Of a stretch of 64,000 nucleotides of DNA, positions 33,884 through 54,765 are shown piece after piece; the stretch's first letter is position 1, and every line of letters starts with the position of its first letter. The notes below the pieces were generated by a model that worked only from the letters and a program-made list of their open reading frames with translations, ran no database searches and was not told where the DNA came from. Both the position numbers and the translations under genes were made by a program. Origin of the DNA: an uncultured Planctomycetaceae bacterium (lineage in GTDB: Bacteria; Planctomycetota; Planctomycetia; Planctomycetales; Planctomycetaceae). The stretch covers positions 416,001 to 480,000 of the forward strand of contig CAWFAK010000009.1 of assembly GCA_963813715.1 (NCBI GenBank). Direction: 5' to 3'.

Positions 33884-34315
33884 ATGGCAAAGAAAAAACA
33901 AGTCACGGCGGTCGTTAAGCTGCAGGCCACCGGGGGTCAGGCGACTCCCGCGCCTCCAGTCGGTACCGCGCTCGGTCCGCACGGCGTCAATATCGGCCAG
34001 TTTGTCCAGCAGTTCAACGAGAAGACGCGGGACCTGATGGGGACGACCGTCCCTGTGATCGTCACGATCTACAGCGACCGCAGCTTCGAGTTCATCCTCA
34101 AGAGCCCGCCGGCCTCCGTGCTGCTCAAGCAGATCGCGCAGATCGCCAAGGGCTCGGCGAACCCGAAGGCGGAAAAAGTCGGCGTGGTGACGCAGAAACA
34201 ATTACAAGAAATTGCCAAGCGGAAGTTCGAGGATCTGAATTCTCCCGATCTCGACCACGCGGCCCGCATCATAGCGGGCACCGCGCGGAGCATGGGGCTC
34301 GAAGTCGTCGATTAA
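33884..34315 (+). CDS. rplK: 50S ribosomal protein L11
   Basis: [28 protein letters not shown]. Confidence 0.97.
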   Translation: MAKKKQVTAVVKLQATGGQATPAPPVGTALGPHGVNIGQFVQQFNEKTRDLMGTTVPVIVTIYSDRSFEFILKSPPASVLLKQIAQIAKGSANPKAEKVGVVTQKQLQEIAKRKFEDLNSPDLDHAARIIAGTARSMGLEVVD

Positions 34316-34370
34316 CGACCGCAGGGCAAAAAGACAGAGACAAAAAAGACCGGACAGGATAGGGCGAGCG

Positions 34371-35078
34371 ATGGCCAAGCATTCCAAGCGATTCGAGTTT
34401 TTGTTCAAGAAGGTCGAGGGCATGGCTGCGGTCGACGTGGCCACGGCCGTGAAGACGCTCAAATCGCTCGAACCCAGCTTGCCGTCGAACATCAAGCCCG
34501 TGAAATTCGATCAGACCGTGCAGCTGGCCGTCCAACTGGGCATCGACCCAAAGCAGGACGACCAGGCGGTCCGCGGCTCGATCGTGCTGCCGCACGGCAT
34601 CGGCAAATCGAAGCGGGTGCTGGTCTTCGCCCAGGGCAACAACGCCGACCTGGCGAAGGCGGCCGGAGCCCAACACGTGGGGGGCAAGGACCTCGCCGAC
34701 AAAATCAAAGAAGGCTGGACCGATTTCGACGTCGCCATCGCCACGCCCGACATGATGGGCGTGGTTGGCCCGCTCGGTAAGGTGCTCGGTCCCCGCGGAC
34801 TGATGCCCTCGCCGCGTGCCGGCACCGTCACGCAGGACGTGACAACCGCCGTCCGCGAATACAAGGCGGGCAAGGTCGAATTCCGCTCGAAAGACAAGGG
34901 GGGCGGCGTCCACTGCGTTGTCGGCAAGCTGTCGTTTTCCGAGCAGCAGCTGGTCGAAAACATCGAAGCCATGCTCAAATACATCCACACGATCAAGCCG
35001 CCGTCCTCGAAGGGGATCTACATGAAGAGCATCTCCCTCTCGGCGACGATGATGCCCGGCATCAACATCGTGGCCTGA
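34371..35078 (+). CDS. rplA: 50S ribosomal protein L1
   Basis: [39 protein letters not shown]. Confidence 0.97.
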   Translation: MAKHSKRFEFLFKKVEGMAAVDVATAVKTLKSLEPSLPSNIKPVKFDQTVQLAVQLGIDPKQDDQAVRGSIVLPHGIGKSKRVLVFAQGNNADLAKAAGAQHVGGKDLADKIKEGWTDFDVAIATPDMMGVVGPLGKVLGPRGLMPSPRAGTVTQDVTTAVREYKAGKVEFRSKDKGGGVHCVVGKLSFSEQQLVENIEAMLKYIHTIKPPSSKGIYMKSISLSATMMPGINIVA

Positions 35079-35191
35079 GAAAGAGTTAGGGCCTCAGAGA
35101 AGTAAGGTTTGCGGCGGCCGTAGAAATTGGCCTCGGGAAAACCGGGGCCTGACGAAATTGCGACGTCACGAGAAAACAGGCGAAGCGAGTC

Positions 35192-35728
35192 ATGAGCAGG
35201 CGCGTAAAGGAAATGCTGATCGAAGACCTCGGTGCCCGACTCAAGGGAGTCAAGGACATCGTGGTCGTCGATGCCTCCAAGCTCGACGGCGTGACGGCCA
35301 ACAAGCTCCGCCTCTCGATGCGCAAGAAAAAAATCTCCGCGCTCGCCGTGCGGAACAAGCTGGGCCGGGTGGCGCTCAAGAACGTCGGCGTGACGTCGCT
35401 CGATCCGCTCCTGGAAGGGCCTTCGACGCTGGTCTGGGGGGGCGAGGACATTGTCGCGCTCTCCAAAGAGATCGCCAAATGGGCCAAGGAGATCGAGCCC
35501 CTTCAGATCAAGGGGGGCACGACCGAAGGAGCGACGCTCAGCAAAGAAACCGTCGATGAGCTGGCCAAGAGCCCGGGTCGCAAGGAGCTCATCGGCCAGA
35601 TCGTCGCCGCCATGATGAGCCCGGGCGGCCAGCTTGCTGGAGCATTGCTGGGGCCGGGTCGCAAGCTGGCGAGTCAAATCGAGAAGATTTCCGAGAAGGA
35701 AGAAGCCGCGGCGCCCGCCGCGAGCTGA
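35192..35728 (+). CDS. rplJ: 50S ribosomal protein L10
   Basis: LRLSMRK...VRNKL...LEGPSTLVWG...LAKSPGRKELIGQIV; synteny. Confidence 0.93.
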   Translation: MSRRVKEMLIEDLGARLKGVKDIVVVDASKLDGVTANKLRLSMRKKKISALAVRNKLGRVALKNVGVTSLDPLLEGPSTLVWGGEDIVALSKEIAKWAKEIEPLQIKGGTTEGATLSKETVDELAKSPGRKELIGQIVAAMMSPGGQLAGALLGPGRKLASQIEKISEKEEAAAPAAS

Positions 35729-35887
35729 GTTGGGTCAAGCGAGCAAGCACACAAACGAGAATCCAATCGGGGCCGAATCGCGGGAAGATCCCCACTCGAT
35801 TCGGAGTGTTGAAGCCGACACAAAATGGGGTTGTGAGTCCGATCAGTCGCATCGGCGCGAGAAACGAGCGAGAAAGGGAACGAGACG

Positions 35888-36293
35888 ATGTCCACGGTGG
35901 CGGAATTCGATCAGACGACGAAAGAGCTTGGGGACAAGATTGCCGGCCTGACCCTGCTGCAGGCCAAGCAGGTCGTCTCCTATCTCAAGGATGTTCACGG
36001 TATTGAGCCGGCGGCCGGCGGCGCGATCATGATGGCACCCGGCGGCGGTGGCGGCGGTGCGGCCGCTCCGGTGGAAGAGAAGACCGAATTCGACGTGATC
36101 CTGGCCGCGGTGGGCGACAACAAGATCAACGTCATCAAGGTGGTCCGGAGCGCCGACCAGCCTCGGCCTGAAAGAAGCCAAGGATCTCGTGGAAGGCGCT
36201 CCCAAGCCGGTGAAGACCGGGTTGCCCAAGGCCGACGCCGACAAGCTCAAGGCGGAGCTCGAAGCGGCCGGAGCAAAAGTCGAGATCAAGTAA
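35888..36293 (+). CDS. rplL: 50S ribosomal protein L7/L12 (indel near 36153)
   Basis: [10 protein letters not shown]...KINVIKVVR, then shifted frame [19 protein letters not shown]...[11 protein letters not shown] ending at TAA 36291-36293. Confidence 0.95.
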
Positions 36294-36738
36294 GTTCGCA
36301 GCGAAGCAGTCGGCCGGGGGGGGTTCCCGTGGCGAGCCACGGGACCGGCCGGCGAGGCTTCATCGTTACGGCGTTCGAGACTCGTGGTGGCGCGCGCCGC
36401 AGGTGTTGTGATTTCCAGGTTCGATCTTGCGCCCGAGCGCGTCCGTCTCCGTCTTAGCGGAGACGCCACGGAGAATGTGCCCCGCGCGCATCCTCCGGCA
36501 GCCGTGTTGCGTGCTGCGCGGGTCGGATACCGCTTACCCCGTGCCCATGCCCCGCGTCGATTTCGCCCGCTTCGATTCTGCCCCGCGTCGTCCTTCACCT
36601 GTGGCAGTCGCGCGTCCGCGCCGGGTTTTGTTCGGTCCCCGGATCACGCCGTACATCGCGTCCGGCCCCGCACAGGACGCCATTTGCACACGACTGCACA
36701 ACGAGCTCGGAACCAGAGCCCAATAAAGAGAGCCCAGT

Positions 36739-40489
<3,751 letters not shown>

Positions 40490-40502
40490 AACCGACGAAT
40501 CC

Positions 40503-40570
40503 GAAGCCACGAATGACGAGGATCGAATGACCTATGCTCGAGGCAATCGTCATTCGTGCTTCGTGCTTCT
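40503..40570. repeat. Imperfect inverted repeat built of ~7-bp units in the rpoB-rpoC spacer
   Basis: GAAGCCACGAATGACGA (40503-40519) versus TCGTCATTCGTGCTTC (40548-40563); extra CGAATGAC and CGTGCTT units. Confidence 0.7.
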
Positions 40571-40634
40571 TTAGCATCGACTTACAAGCACCATCTCGAA
40601 CAGTCAACCACTTCCTTAACAAAGGGGTGAACCA

Positions 40635-44928
<4,294 letters not shown>

Positions 44929-44954
44929 TCGTTAACCTGTCGAAAGCAATTTAC

Positions 44955-44992
44955 GTGGGGCAGGCGTCTTTGGCGTCTGCCCCACTTTTTTC
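44955..44992 (+). terminator. Intrinsic terminator after rpoC
   Basis: GTGGGGCAGGCG...CGTCTGCCCAC followed by TTTTTT. Confidence 0.75.
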
Positions 44993-45087
44993 CCGTGCCG
45001 AGGCACAATCGACGCCCCCATGACCGGAGCACGGCGCCAGTCTTGCGCGAATGAGTCCCGCCAAGTAATTCTCGCCAGGGCCCGTCG

Positions 45088-45620
45088 ATGATCCGCTGCC
45101 CGTTCTGCGATCACAAAAACCCGACGGGCGCGACGCACTGCGCCGAGTGCAAAGCCGAGTTGTTCGATCCGGACGCTGCCGCTGCCGACGTCGGTGCGGT
45201 GCCGGTGCGCCCAGTGCGGAAGCGAACTCTCTCGACGGCCGCGTGCTGGCGCTGGTCCGCGGCGGGCGCAAGATCGAGGCCATCAAGCTGTATCGGGACG
45301 TCACCGGAGCCGGACTGAAGGAGGCCAAGGACGCCGTCGAAGCCCTCGAACGTGATGGCACTGTGCCACCTAAGCGTGCGGGGGCGGCGGGGTCCGGCGT
45401 CGACAATGCGGAGATCCGAGACCTGTTGCGGGCCGGCCAGAAGATCCGAGCGATCAAGCTCTATCGAGAGCGGACAGGCACCGGCCTGGCCGATTCGAAG
45501 AACGCCGTCGAAGCGATGGCTCGCGCGGAAGGTCTGCCCGTCGGCGGGTCCGGCTGCAGCAGTGCCGTCCTGTCCCTCTTGGTGATCGCCTTCGTCCTGG
45601 GCTATCTGGCCGCTCGCTAG
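45088..45620 (+). CDS. Zinc-ribbon + two ribosomal bL12-CTD-like repeats + C-terminal TM protein (indel near 45200)
   Basis: MIRCPFCDHKNPTGATHCAECKAEL (ORF 45088) joined to KIEAIKLYRDVTGAGLKEAKDAVE / KIRAIKLYRERTGTGLADSKNAVE / AVLSLLVIAFVLGYLAAR (ORF 45147). Confidence 0.8.
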
Positions 45621-45710
45621 CAGAGGCACCCGCAGCCGGGCTCTCCTCAAGTGCTGGGGGCGGCGAGGACACCGACCCAGCCACTCGGACCGTCAGAGGG
45701 AGACGCACCA

Positions 45711-47114
45711 CTAGCGCTGCGCCGATTGGATGGCTGAGGGCTGTTTCGCTCCGTCCTGCCTGGCGATGTCGTAGCAGAGCAGGTCGTCCTGGTCGCGGAG
45801 GAAAAGCTGCTTGTCGACGATCACGGGATGCGGCCAACCTTCCTTGTTCTGGGTCGCCGTCGAGAAGCGGCCCTTGAGTTCGTATTTTTCGGGCGTGGCC
45901 CCGATTAACGCGACGACGCCGTTCTCGTAGCGGAAAAATAGCTTGCCGTCCGCTTCCAGGACGGCGGCCGACCCACCGCCCGGCCCGCGGCCGCCTTCCC
46001 ACTTGATCTTGCCGGTTTTCAGCTCGACGCAGACCGGGAAACCGGCGCTGTGCCCGCGGCCGCAATACAGATAATCACCGTAAAGTACGACGCCTCCGTG
46101 GTGGTTCTGCAAAACGCCGCCGTTGAGGAAGTAGACTTCCTTCGCTTCCACGCCGTCGCCCGCTTTGAAGAGCTGCAGGAGTGCCGAACCGGCGCCGTAC
46201 CCGCTCGAGCCAAAGACATAATCGTCCTTGACGATGGGCGTGGGAATGTTGGCCGTCGCGTTGGCGATACGGTCGTAGTTCCACAGGAATTTGCCGTCGG
46301 ACGCGCGAAACGAAACCAGTCCGCGGCCGGTCAGTTGCACGTATTGCTTTACGCCCGCGCCGTTGCTGACAACGATCGACGAATAGCCCCCGGCATCGTC
46401 CGCTCCATGCGAACCAGACTCTTCGGGGGCGGCGGCCGTCCAAATCGTCGCGCCCGTCTTCTTATCGAGGGCGGCCAGCATCGCGGTCTTCGAGCCGGGC
46501 GTGCACACGACCCGGTCGCCATCGATCAGCACCGACTCGCTGTAACCCCACTTCGGGGTCGTGCCGCCGAAATCGGTATTCAGCGATTTGCTCCAGAGAA
46601 TTTTCCCGTCGGCGACGTTGAGACACGTCAGACCGCCGTTGCGTGTGAGGCCATAGACGCGGTCGCCATCGACCGTCGGCGTGGAATTCGCGTCGCCCTT
46701 GCCGATCGACACGGCCCAAATTCGGTGGCCGTTCGCATAGTTGAGGGCCAAGAGCTGGCAATCGCCGCCCACGCTCCCCAACGTGAAAATCCGGCCGGCG
46801 TCGATGGCCACGCTCGAGTAACCGGCGCCCAGGCCGTTGACGTGCCATTTGATCGGCGGGCCGAGGGTGGGGAAGGTGTCGACGAGGCCCGTCTCGGTCG
46901 AGACGGCGTCGCGGTTCGGACCGCGCCAGCTGGGCCAGGACCCCGAATGGACCAGCTCGCCCGGTGCTTGAATCGAGCTATCCGCCTTCGACTCGGCGCG
47001 GGGCGGCACCGTCAGGGCTCCTGCGGAATCCCTCCCGCCGATCCAGTCGCAGCCAGCCGTGCCGAGCAAGCCGACGCAGACGACGCCAAAAAGCGATGAC
47101 TTTGTCCGGTTCAT
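45711..47114 (-). CDS. PQQ-binding-like beta-propeller repeat lipoprotein (BamB-like, planctomycete-expanded family)
   Basis: Lipobox-like GTAGC; WPSWRGPNRD; GYSSVAI; STPTVDGDRVY; ALDKKTGATIW; WPHPVIVDKQLFLRDQ. Confidence 0.9.
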   Translation of the reverse strand: MNRTKSSLFGVVCVGLLGTAGCDWIGGRDSAGALTVPPRAESKADSSIQAPGELVHSGSWPSWRGPNRDAVSTETGLVDTFPTLGPPIKWHVNGLGAGYSSVAIDAGRIFTLGSVGGDCQLLALNYANGHRIWAVSIGKGDANSTPTVDGDRVYGLTRNGGLTCLNVADGKILWSKSLNTDFGGTTPKWGYSESVLIDGDRVVCTPGSKTAMLAALDKKTGATIWTAAAPEESGSHGADDAGGYSSIVVSNGAGVKQYVQLTGRGLVSFRASDGKFLWNYDRIANATANIPTPIVKDDYVFGSSGYGAGSALLQLFKAGDGVEAKEVYFLNGGVLQNHHGGVVLYGDYLYCGRGHSAGFPVCVELKTGKIKWEGGRGPGGGSAAVLEADGKLFFRYENGVVALIGATPEKYELKGRFSTATQNKEGWPHPVIVDKQLFLRDQDDLLCYDIARQDGAKQPSAIQSAQR

Positions 47115-47322
47115 GGCGGCCTCCGTAAGACTGCGGCTGCCGGCAAATCGCAAAAAATTAACAGGCCGGCCTTCCCATTCGACCATTTGCCCGTCGGCGA
47201 TGCTACCCCAGTCGGGCCAATCCGCAGAGCCGGAGCCCGGGCCGCGCGCCAGGTGGGTCGTTCGTGGTCGGGGAATGCGAATTTGTGGCAGAATCCACGA
47301 GAAATCCTCGCGAGCGGCTCCC

Positions 47323-47351
47323 TTGACGCCCTTGGCAGCCACCGATAGATT
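47323..47351 (+). promoter_or_regulatory. Putative sigma70-type promoter of the str operon
   Basis: TTGACG-17 bp-TAGATT, 65 bp upstream of rpsL. Confidence 0.55.
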
Positions 47352-47416
47352 TCAAGGTCCCCGTCCCGGAGCGGTCTCTCTCTGGGTGTTCCGTATTGTC
47401 CGGGAAGAGCCAGCGA

Positions 47417-47788
47417 ATGCCAACGATCAATCAGCTCATCCGCAAGCCCCGCCGGGTCCAGCACTCGAAGACCAAAACTCCTGTGCTGGAAGGCTGTCCG
47501 CAAAAGCGCGGCGTCTGTTTGCTGGTCAAAACGGTGACTCCCAAGAAGCCGAACTCGGCCCTTCGAAAAGTGGCCCGTGTCCGGCTCTCCAACGGCAAAG
47601 AAGTCACGGCGTATATCCCGGGCGAAGGACACAACCTGCAGGAACACTCGATCGTGCTGGTCCGCGGCGGCCGTGTCCGCGACCTGCCCGGTATTCGCTA
47701 CAAGATCGTTCGCGGCGTGCTCGACACCCTGGGCGTCAGCGATCGTAAACAGGCCCGCAGCCGCTACGGAGCCAAGAAGCCTAAATAG
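47417..47788 (+). CDS. rpsL: 30S ribosomal protein S12
   Basis: [44 protein letters not shown]. Confidence 0.98.
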   Translation: MPTINQLIRKPRRVQHSKTKTPVLEGCPQKRGVCLLVKTVTPKKPNSALRKVARVRLSNGKEVTAYIPGEGHNLQEHSIVLVRGGRVRDLPGIRYKIVRGVLDTLGVSDRKQARSRYGAKKPK

Positions 47789-47951
47789 CGAGGCCCATTC
47801 GCCGCTCCCAAGCGCGACTCAAGCCGCGACACGCCGACAAACGCGAGCGGCAACCTCCTCCGGAACGGCCGGCGGGCGAAGTGGCAAGACGGGTGCCCGC
47901 GGATTGCCAAGCCGACAAACGAACTTTTCAGCAAACATTTGAAGCAGAACC

Positions 47952-48418
47952 ATGGCCGATAAATTCACCGCCAGCAAGAGCCAGCTTAAGGCCGACCACC
48001 GCACGAACTCGGTGCTGGCGTCGAAGTTCATCAACTGCCTGATGCACGACGGAAAGAAGAGCGTTGCGATCGGCCTGTTCTACGGGGCCATGGACATCAT
48101 CGTCAAAAAGATGCCCAACGAGGACCCCGTCCGCGTCTTCACCGAAGCGGTGGAGAATGTGCGGCCTTCGATCGAAGTCCGCTCGAAGCGCGTCGGCGGT
48201 GCCACTTACCAGGTGCCCACGCCGGTCAACTCGCGACGACAGCAGACACTCGCCATCCGCTGGCTCATCGAGGCCGTCCGCGAAAAGAAGGGACGCCCGG
48301 CGCACGTCAGCCTCGCTGATGAGTTGATGGCCGCTTTCCGCCGTGAAGGCACCGCCATGACCAAGCGCGAAAACGTCCACCGCATGGCGGACGCGAATAA
48401 GGCGTTCGCCCACTTCGC

Positions 48419-48425
<7 letters not shown>
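47952..48425 (+). CDS. rpsG: 30S ribosomal protein S7
   Basis: [45 protein letters not shown]. Confidence 0.98.
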
Positions 48426-50525
<2,100 letters not shown>

Positions 50526-50806
50526 ATCGGTCGTTTCAAACGGCTAAGACCGCTTCCTGGTCGAACCTTGACCGCGGGCCCAGGTGTCATTTTCCACCCC
50601 TGTGGGCGAAAAACGGCAGCAGCGACGCCATTCTCTCGGGCTGGGGCTCGTGTTACAATTTTTGATGGTTGGCTGGGCCTAGCGTGTTGGGGTGCGCGAG
50701 GAAGCTGCGTCACTCGACTACGATTCTACTGCTGGCCAGTCTTGTCCCCGCGTCAATCCTAACGTTGCTTCGATGCTCGAGCGGCATCCGTCCGTTGTTC
50801 GCGCCT

Positions 50807-52363
<1,557 letters not shown>

Positions 52364-52384
52364 GCGTCAGCCGACGGCCGCCGC

Positions 52385-54352
52385 CTACCAATTCCACGAC
52401 GCACCGACCGACCAGTTCTCCGTCCACCAGCTGCCACGGTCCACGACGATTCGCGGAACGAGTCCCGCCATGGGGTCGCCCTGGTAGTCGATGCTCTGGT
52501 TGGTCTGAATCACGTCGCCGACCCAGATGAAGGTGTAACCCGCACGCAAGTTGGCATTGGCGAACGGCCACATCTTGCCGAGCACCGGCACGTACTTGAA
52601 GACTGGGGCCTCCGCGATGAGCGATTGCTCGATCATCGGCGAAATGTGCGAGTGCTGGGCCGAGCTGTCGAACTCGTTCGGGTTCGGGTCTCCCGGCGAC
52701 GGGATGAACAAGTCCTGCTGCGTTTCGGCCTGCGGATTTCCGCGGGCACCGGTCAGCTCCGCCGGGAACGTGACGATGTTGCCATTGACTCGGGTGGTGC
52801 TGCCGATGTTGTTGCCGCTCACCTCGATCGTTTCGATGTTGGCCATCAGGCCGAACTTGGTCTCGCCGATAATATGGAACGAATCGCCGCCGATCAGGTA
52901 CCGGATGCCGGCCGTGGGACCAACCAGGTTGGTGTTGGCGGTCACGTCGATCGATGCTGGCAGCAAGGCAAAGGGACTGGGGAACGAGAATAAGAGAGCC
53001 GTCGAGGTGCTGGCCGGTGCCGGTCCCGGCTCGGGAGTCCCTGCGTTGTCGATGATGCCGTCCTGATTGTCGTCGATGCCGTTGGGCAGCGACTGGGCCT
53101 TGTAGTCCCGGTCCAGGGTGCCGCCGACGCCGGACGTGCTGCTGCTGCTCGTTGCCGGCGCCCCGTACAACATGCCGCTGTCGATGCCGAGGAAGCTGAC
53201 GGTCTCGCGAATGTTGAGGTATTCGACGCCGACCCCGGCGCTGACCGTGATCCACTTCCGCTCGAGGAACGGCGTGAAGTAATAGTCGAGGTGCGTGCCG
53301 ATCTGGGCACTGGTCACACGGACGTCGAAGTAGATGTCATAGGGAATGGTCTGGCCGCGGGGCGTGCCGTCGGCCACGGGAAGTCCGCGGAGGTTGAGCA
53401 GATCCATCTGAATGATCTGGCTGGCCGTCAGGTCCTTCTTGCCGACGCCGCCCAGGGCCACGTCGATGTCATCCGGGCTCGTGATGGTGGACAACGTTTG
53501 CGGACTGGCATTCTGCAGGAAGCGGATGATCTGCTCCAACCGGGCCGTGTCTTCGGGATGCTGAGTGAAGCCGTCCGAATCCGCCGCATTGAAGTCGGCG
53601 ACGGCCGTGCCGCCGAACCAGAAGGTCCAGGCCCAACCCGATTTGTCGGGGTTCCATTCCCCCAGGCTGAAGCGGGCACCTTGAGTAGCCGGATCGCCCA
53701 GGTTGTTGAGGTTGACCGCGTTGTAGTTGTTGAAGTACCCGGCGATTTGGTCGGGCGAATTGACGATGAAGCCCTTGTTGATCAGCAGCTGGTCGCCGGC
53801 GTTGGGGTTTGAACCTGAGCCCGAGCCCGTGCCGCCGCTCCCGCCACTGCTGCTCGTGGAGCTCGAGCCGTCGATGAAGTCGCGGACCTGCCGTGTATAG
53901 GTCTGGGCACCCGGATTTCCGAAGATGCCCTGCGTGGCCCGGGTGGACATGAAGAGCAGATCGGAATTGAAGTACCACTTACGATCCGTGTTGCGCTGAA
54001 TGCGGTCCCAGATGCCGCCCAGATTCATGAAGCTCTGGTAGCCATTGTCGTACGGCGAGGTCGTTGGCCAGGGCTGAACGGTGGAGCCATCAACGCCGTT
54101 CGGCCCGATTGCCGGGGGAACGGGAGGAATCATCTCCGGATAGCCGCCCCCGTATTCGGGACCCGTCAGGGACGCATTGTAGGACGTCGGCGGGCCGGCC
54201 GGTGCAACAGGGGGGCCCGGCGCGACCTGCCCGTATTGCGGGGGTGCGATTCGGTACGATCCGGCCTGATCCTGGGCGAACAGTCCATGCTGTACGCCCA
54301 CGAGCAGACCGCTCGCGCCAACTAAAGTCGCCAACCAGTGCTGAACCCGCAT
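52385..54352 (-). CDS. Outer-membrane beta-barrel protein (BBP7-like)
   Basis: Signal peptide, Pro-rich N-terminus, LVGPTAGIRY, KFGLMAN, NLRAGYTFIWVGDV and C-terminal WWTENWSVGASWNW (terminal aromatic barrel signal). Confidence 0.75.
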   Translation of the reverse strand: MRVQHWLATLVGASGLLVGVQHGLFAQDQAGSYRIAPPQYGQVAPGPPVAPAGPPTSYNASLTGPEYGGGYPEMIPPVPPAIGPNGVDGSTVQPWPTTSPYDNGYQSFMNLGGIWDRIQRNTDRKWYFNSDLLFMSTRATQGIFGNPGAQTYTRQVRDFIDGSSSTSSSGGSGGTGSGSGSNPNAGDQLLINKGFIVNSPDQIAGYFNNYNAVNLNNLGDPATQGARFSLGEWNPDKSGWAWTFWFGGTAVADFNAADSDGFTQHPEDTARLEQIIRFLQNASPQTLSTITSPDDIDVALGGVGKKDLTASQIIQMDLLNLRGLPVADGTPRGQTIPYDIYFDVRVTSAQIGTHLDYYFTPFLERKWITVSAGVGVEYLNIRETVSFLGIDSGMLYGAPATSSSSTSGVGGTLDRDYKAQSLPNGIDDNQDGIIDNAGTPEPGPAPASTSTALLFSFPSPFALLPASIDVTANTNLVGPTAGIRYLIGGDSFHIIGETKFGLMANIETIEVSGNNIGSTTRVNGNIVTFPAELTGARGNPQAETQQDLFIPSPGDPNPNEFDSSAQHSHISPMIEQSLIAEAPVFKYVPVLGKMWPFANANLRAGYTFIWVGDVIQTNQSIDYQGDPMAGLVPRIVVDRGSWWTENWSVGASWNW

Positions 54353-54765
54353 CAGGAAATCCCTTCCTAATCGCGTCATTCCGACGGTGCCACACCTTCC
54401 CGCGTCCGCCAATGGGGGCGCAGGGGTGCGGTCATGCGGGTAATATCGGTTGGGTAAGTTGGTAAACTGTAGCGGTTGTTCGGAGAATTCGGGTTTTTTC
54501 GGACCTTCCGAATTTGCCGATTCTGACGCCGCGAACAGTCGCCGCGCGCTCCAGTGATTTGCCGTAAGCTCCCTCGCGGCAAGCAGGTCGAGGCGACGGT
54601 CCTTTCCGCCGCCCGAGTCGCGTTTCGGTCGCAAAGTCGGCGAGAACGGGCCGCTTTTCGCCGGCTCTCAGTGGGTCGAGAGTCGCCGGCGAACGCCTCC
54701 TTGGGGCAAACTTCCTAGAATGCCGCGCCCCGCTCGACTGCTGGGACTGTCCGTCCCGCCTGTCT

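Noticed and set aside
35079..35191. L10 leader autoregulatory RNA
   Set aside because: The position fits and a GGCC-based stem is possible, but I could not confirm the consensus by eye; it needs an Infernal search.
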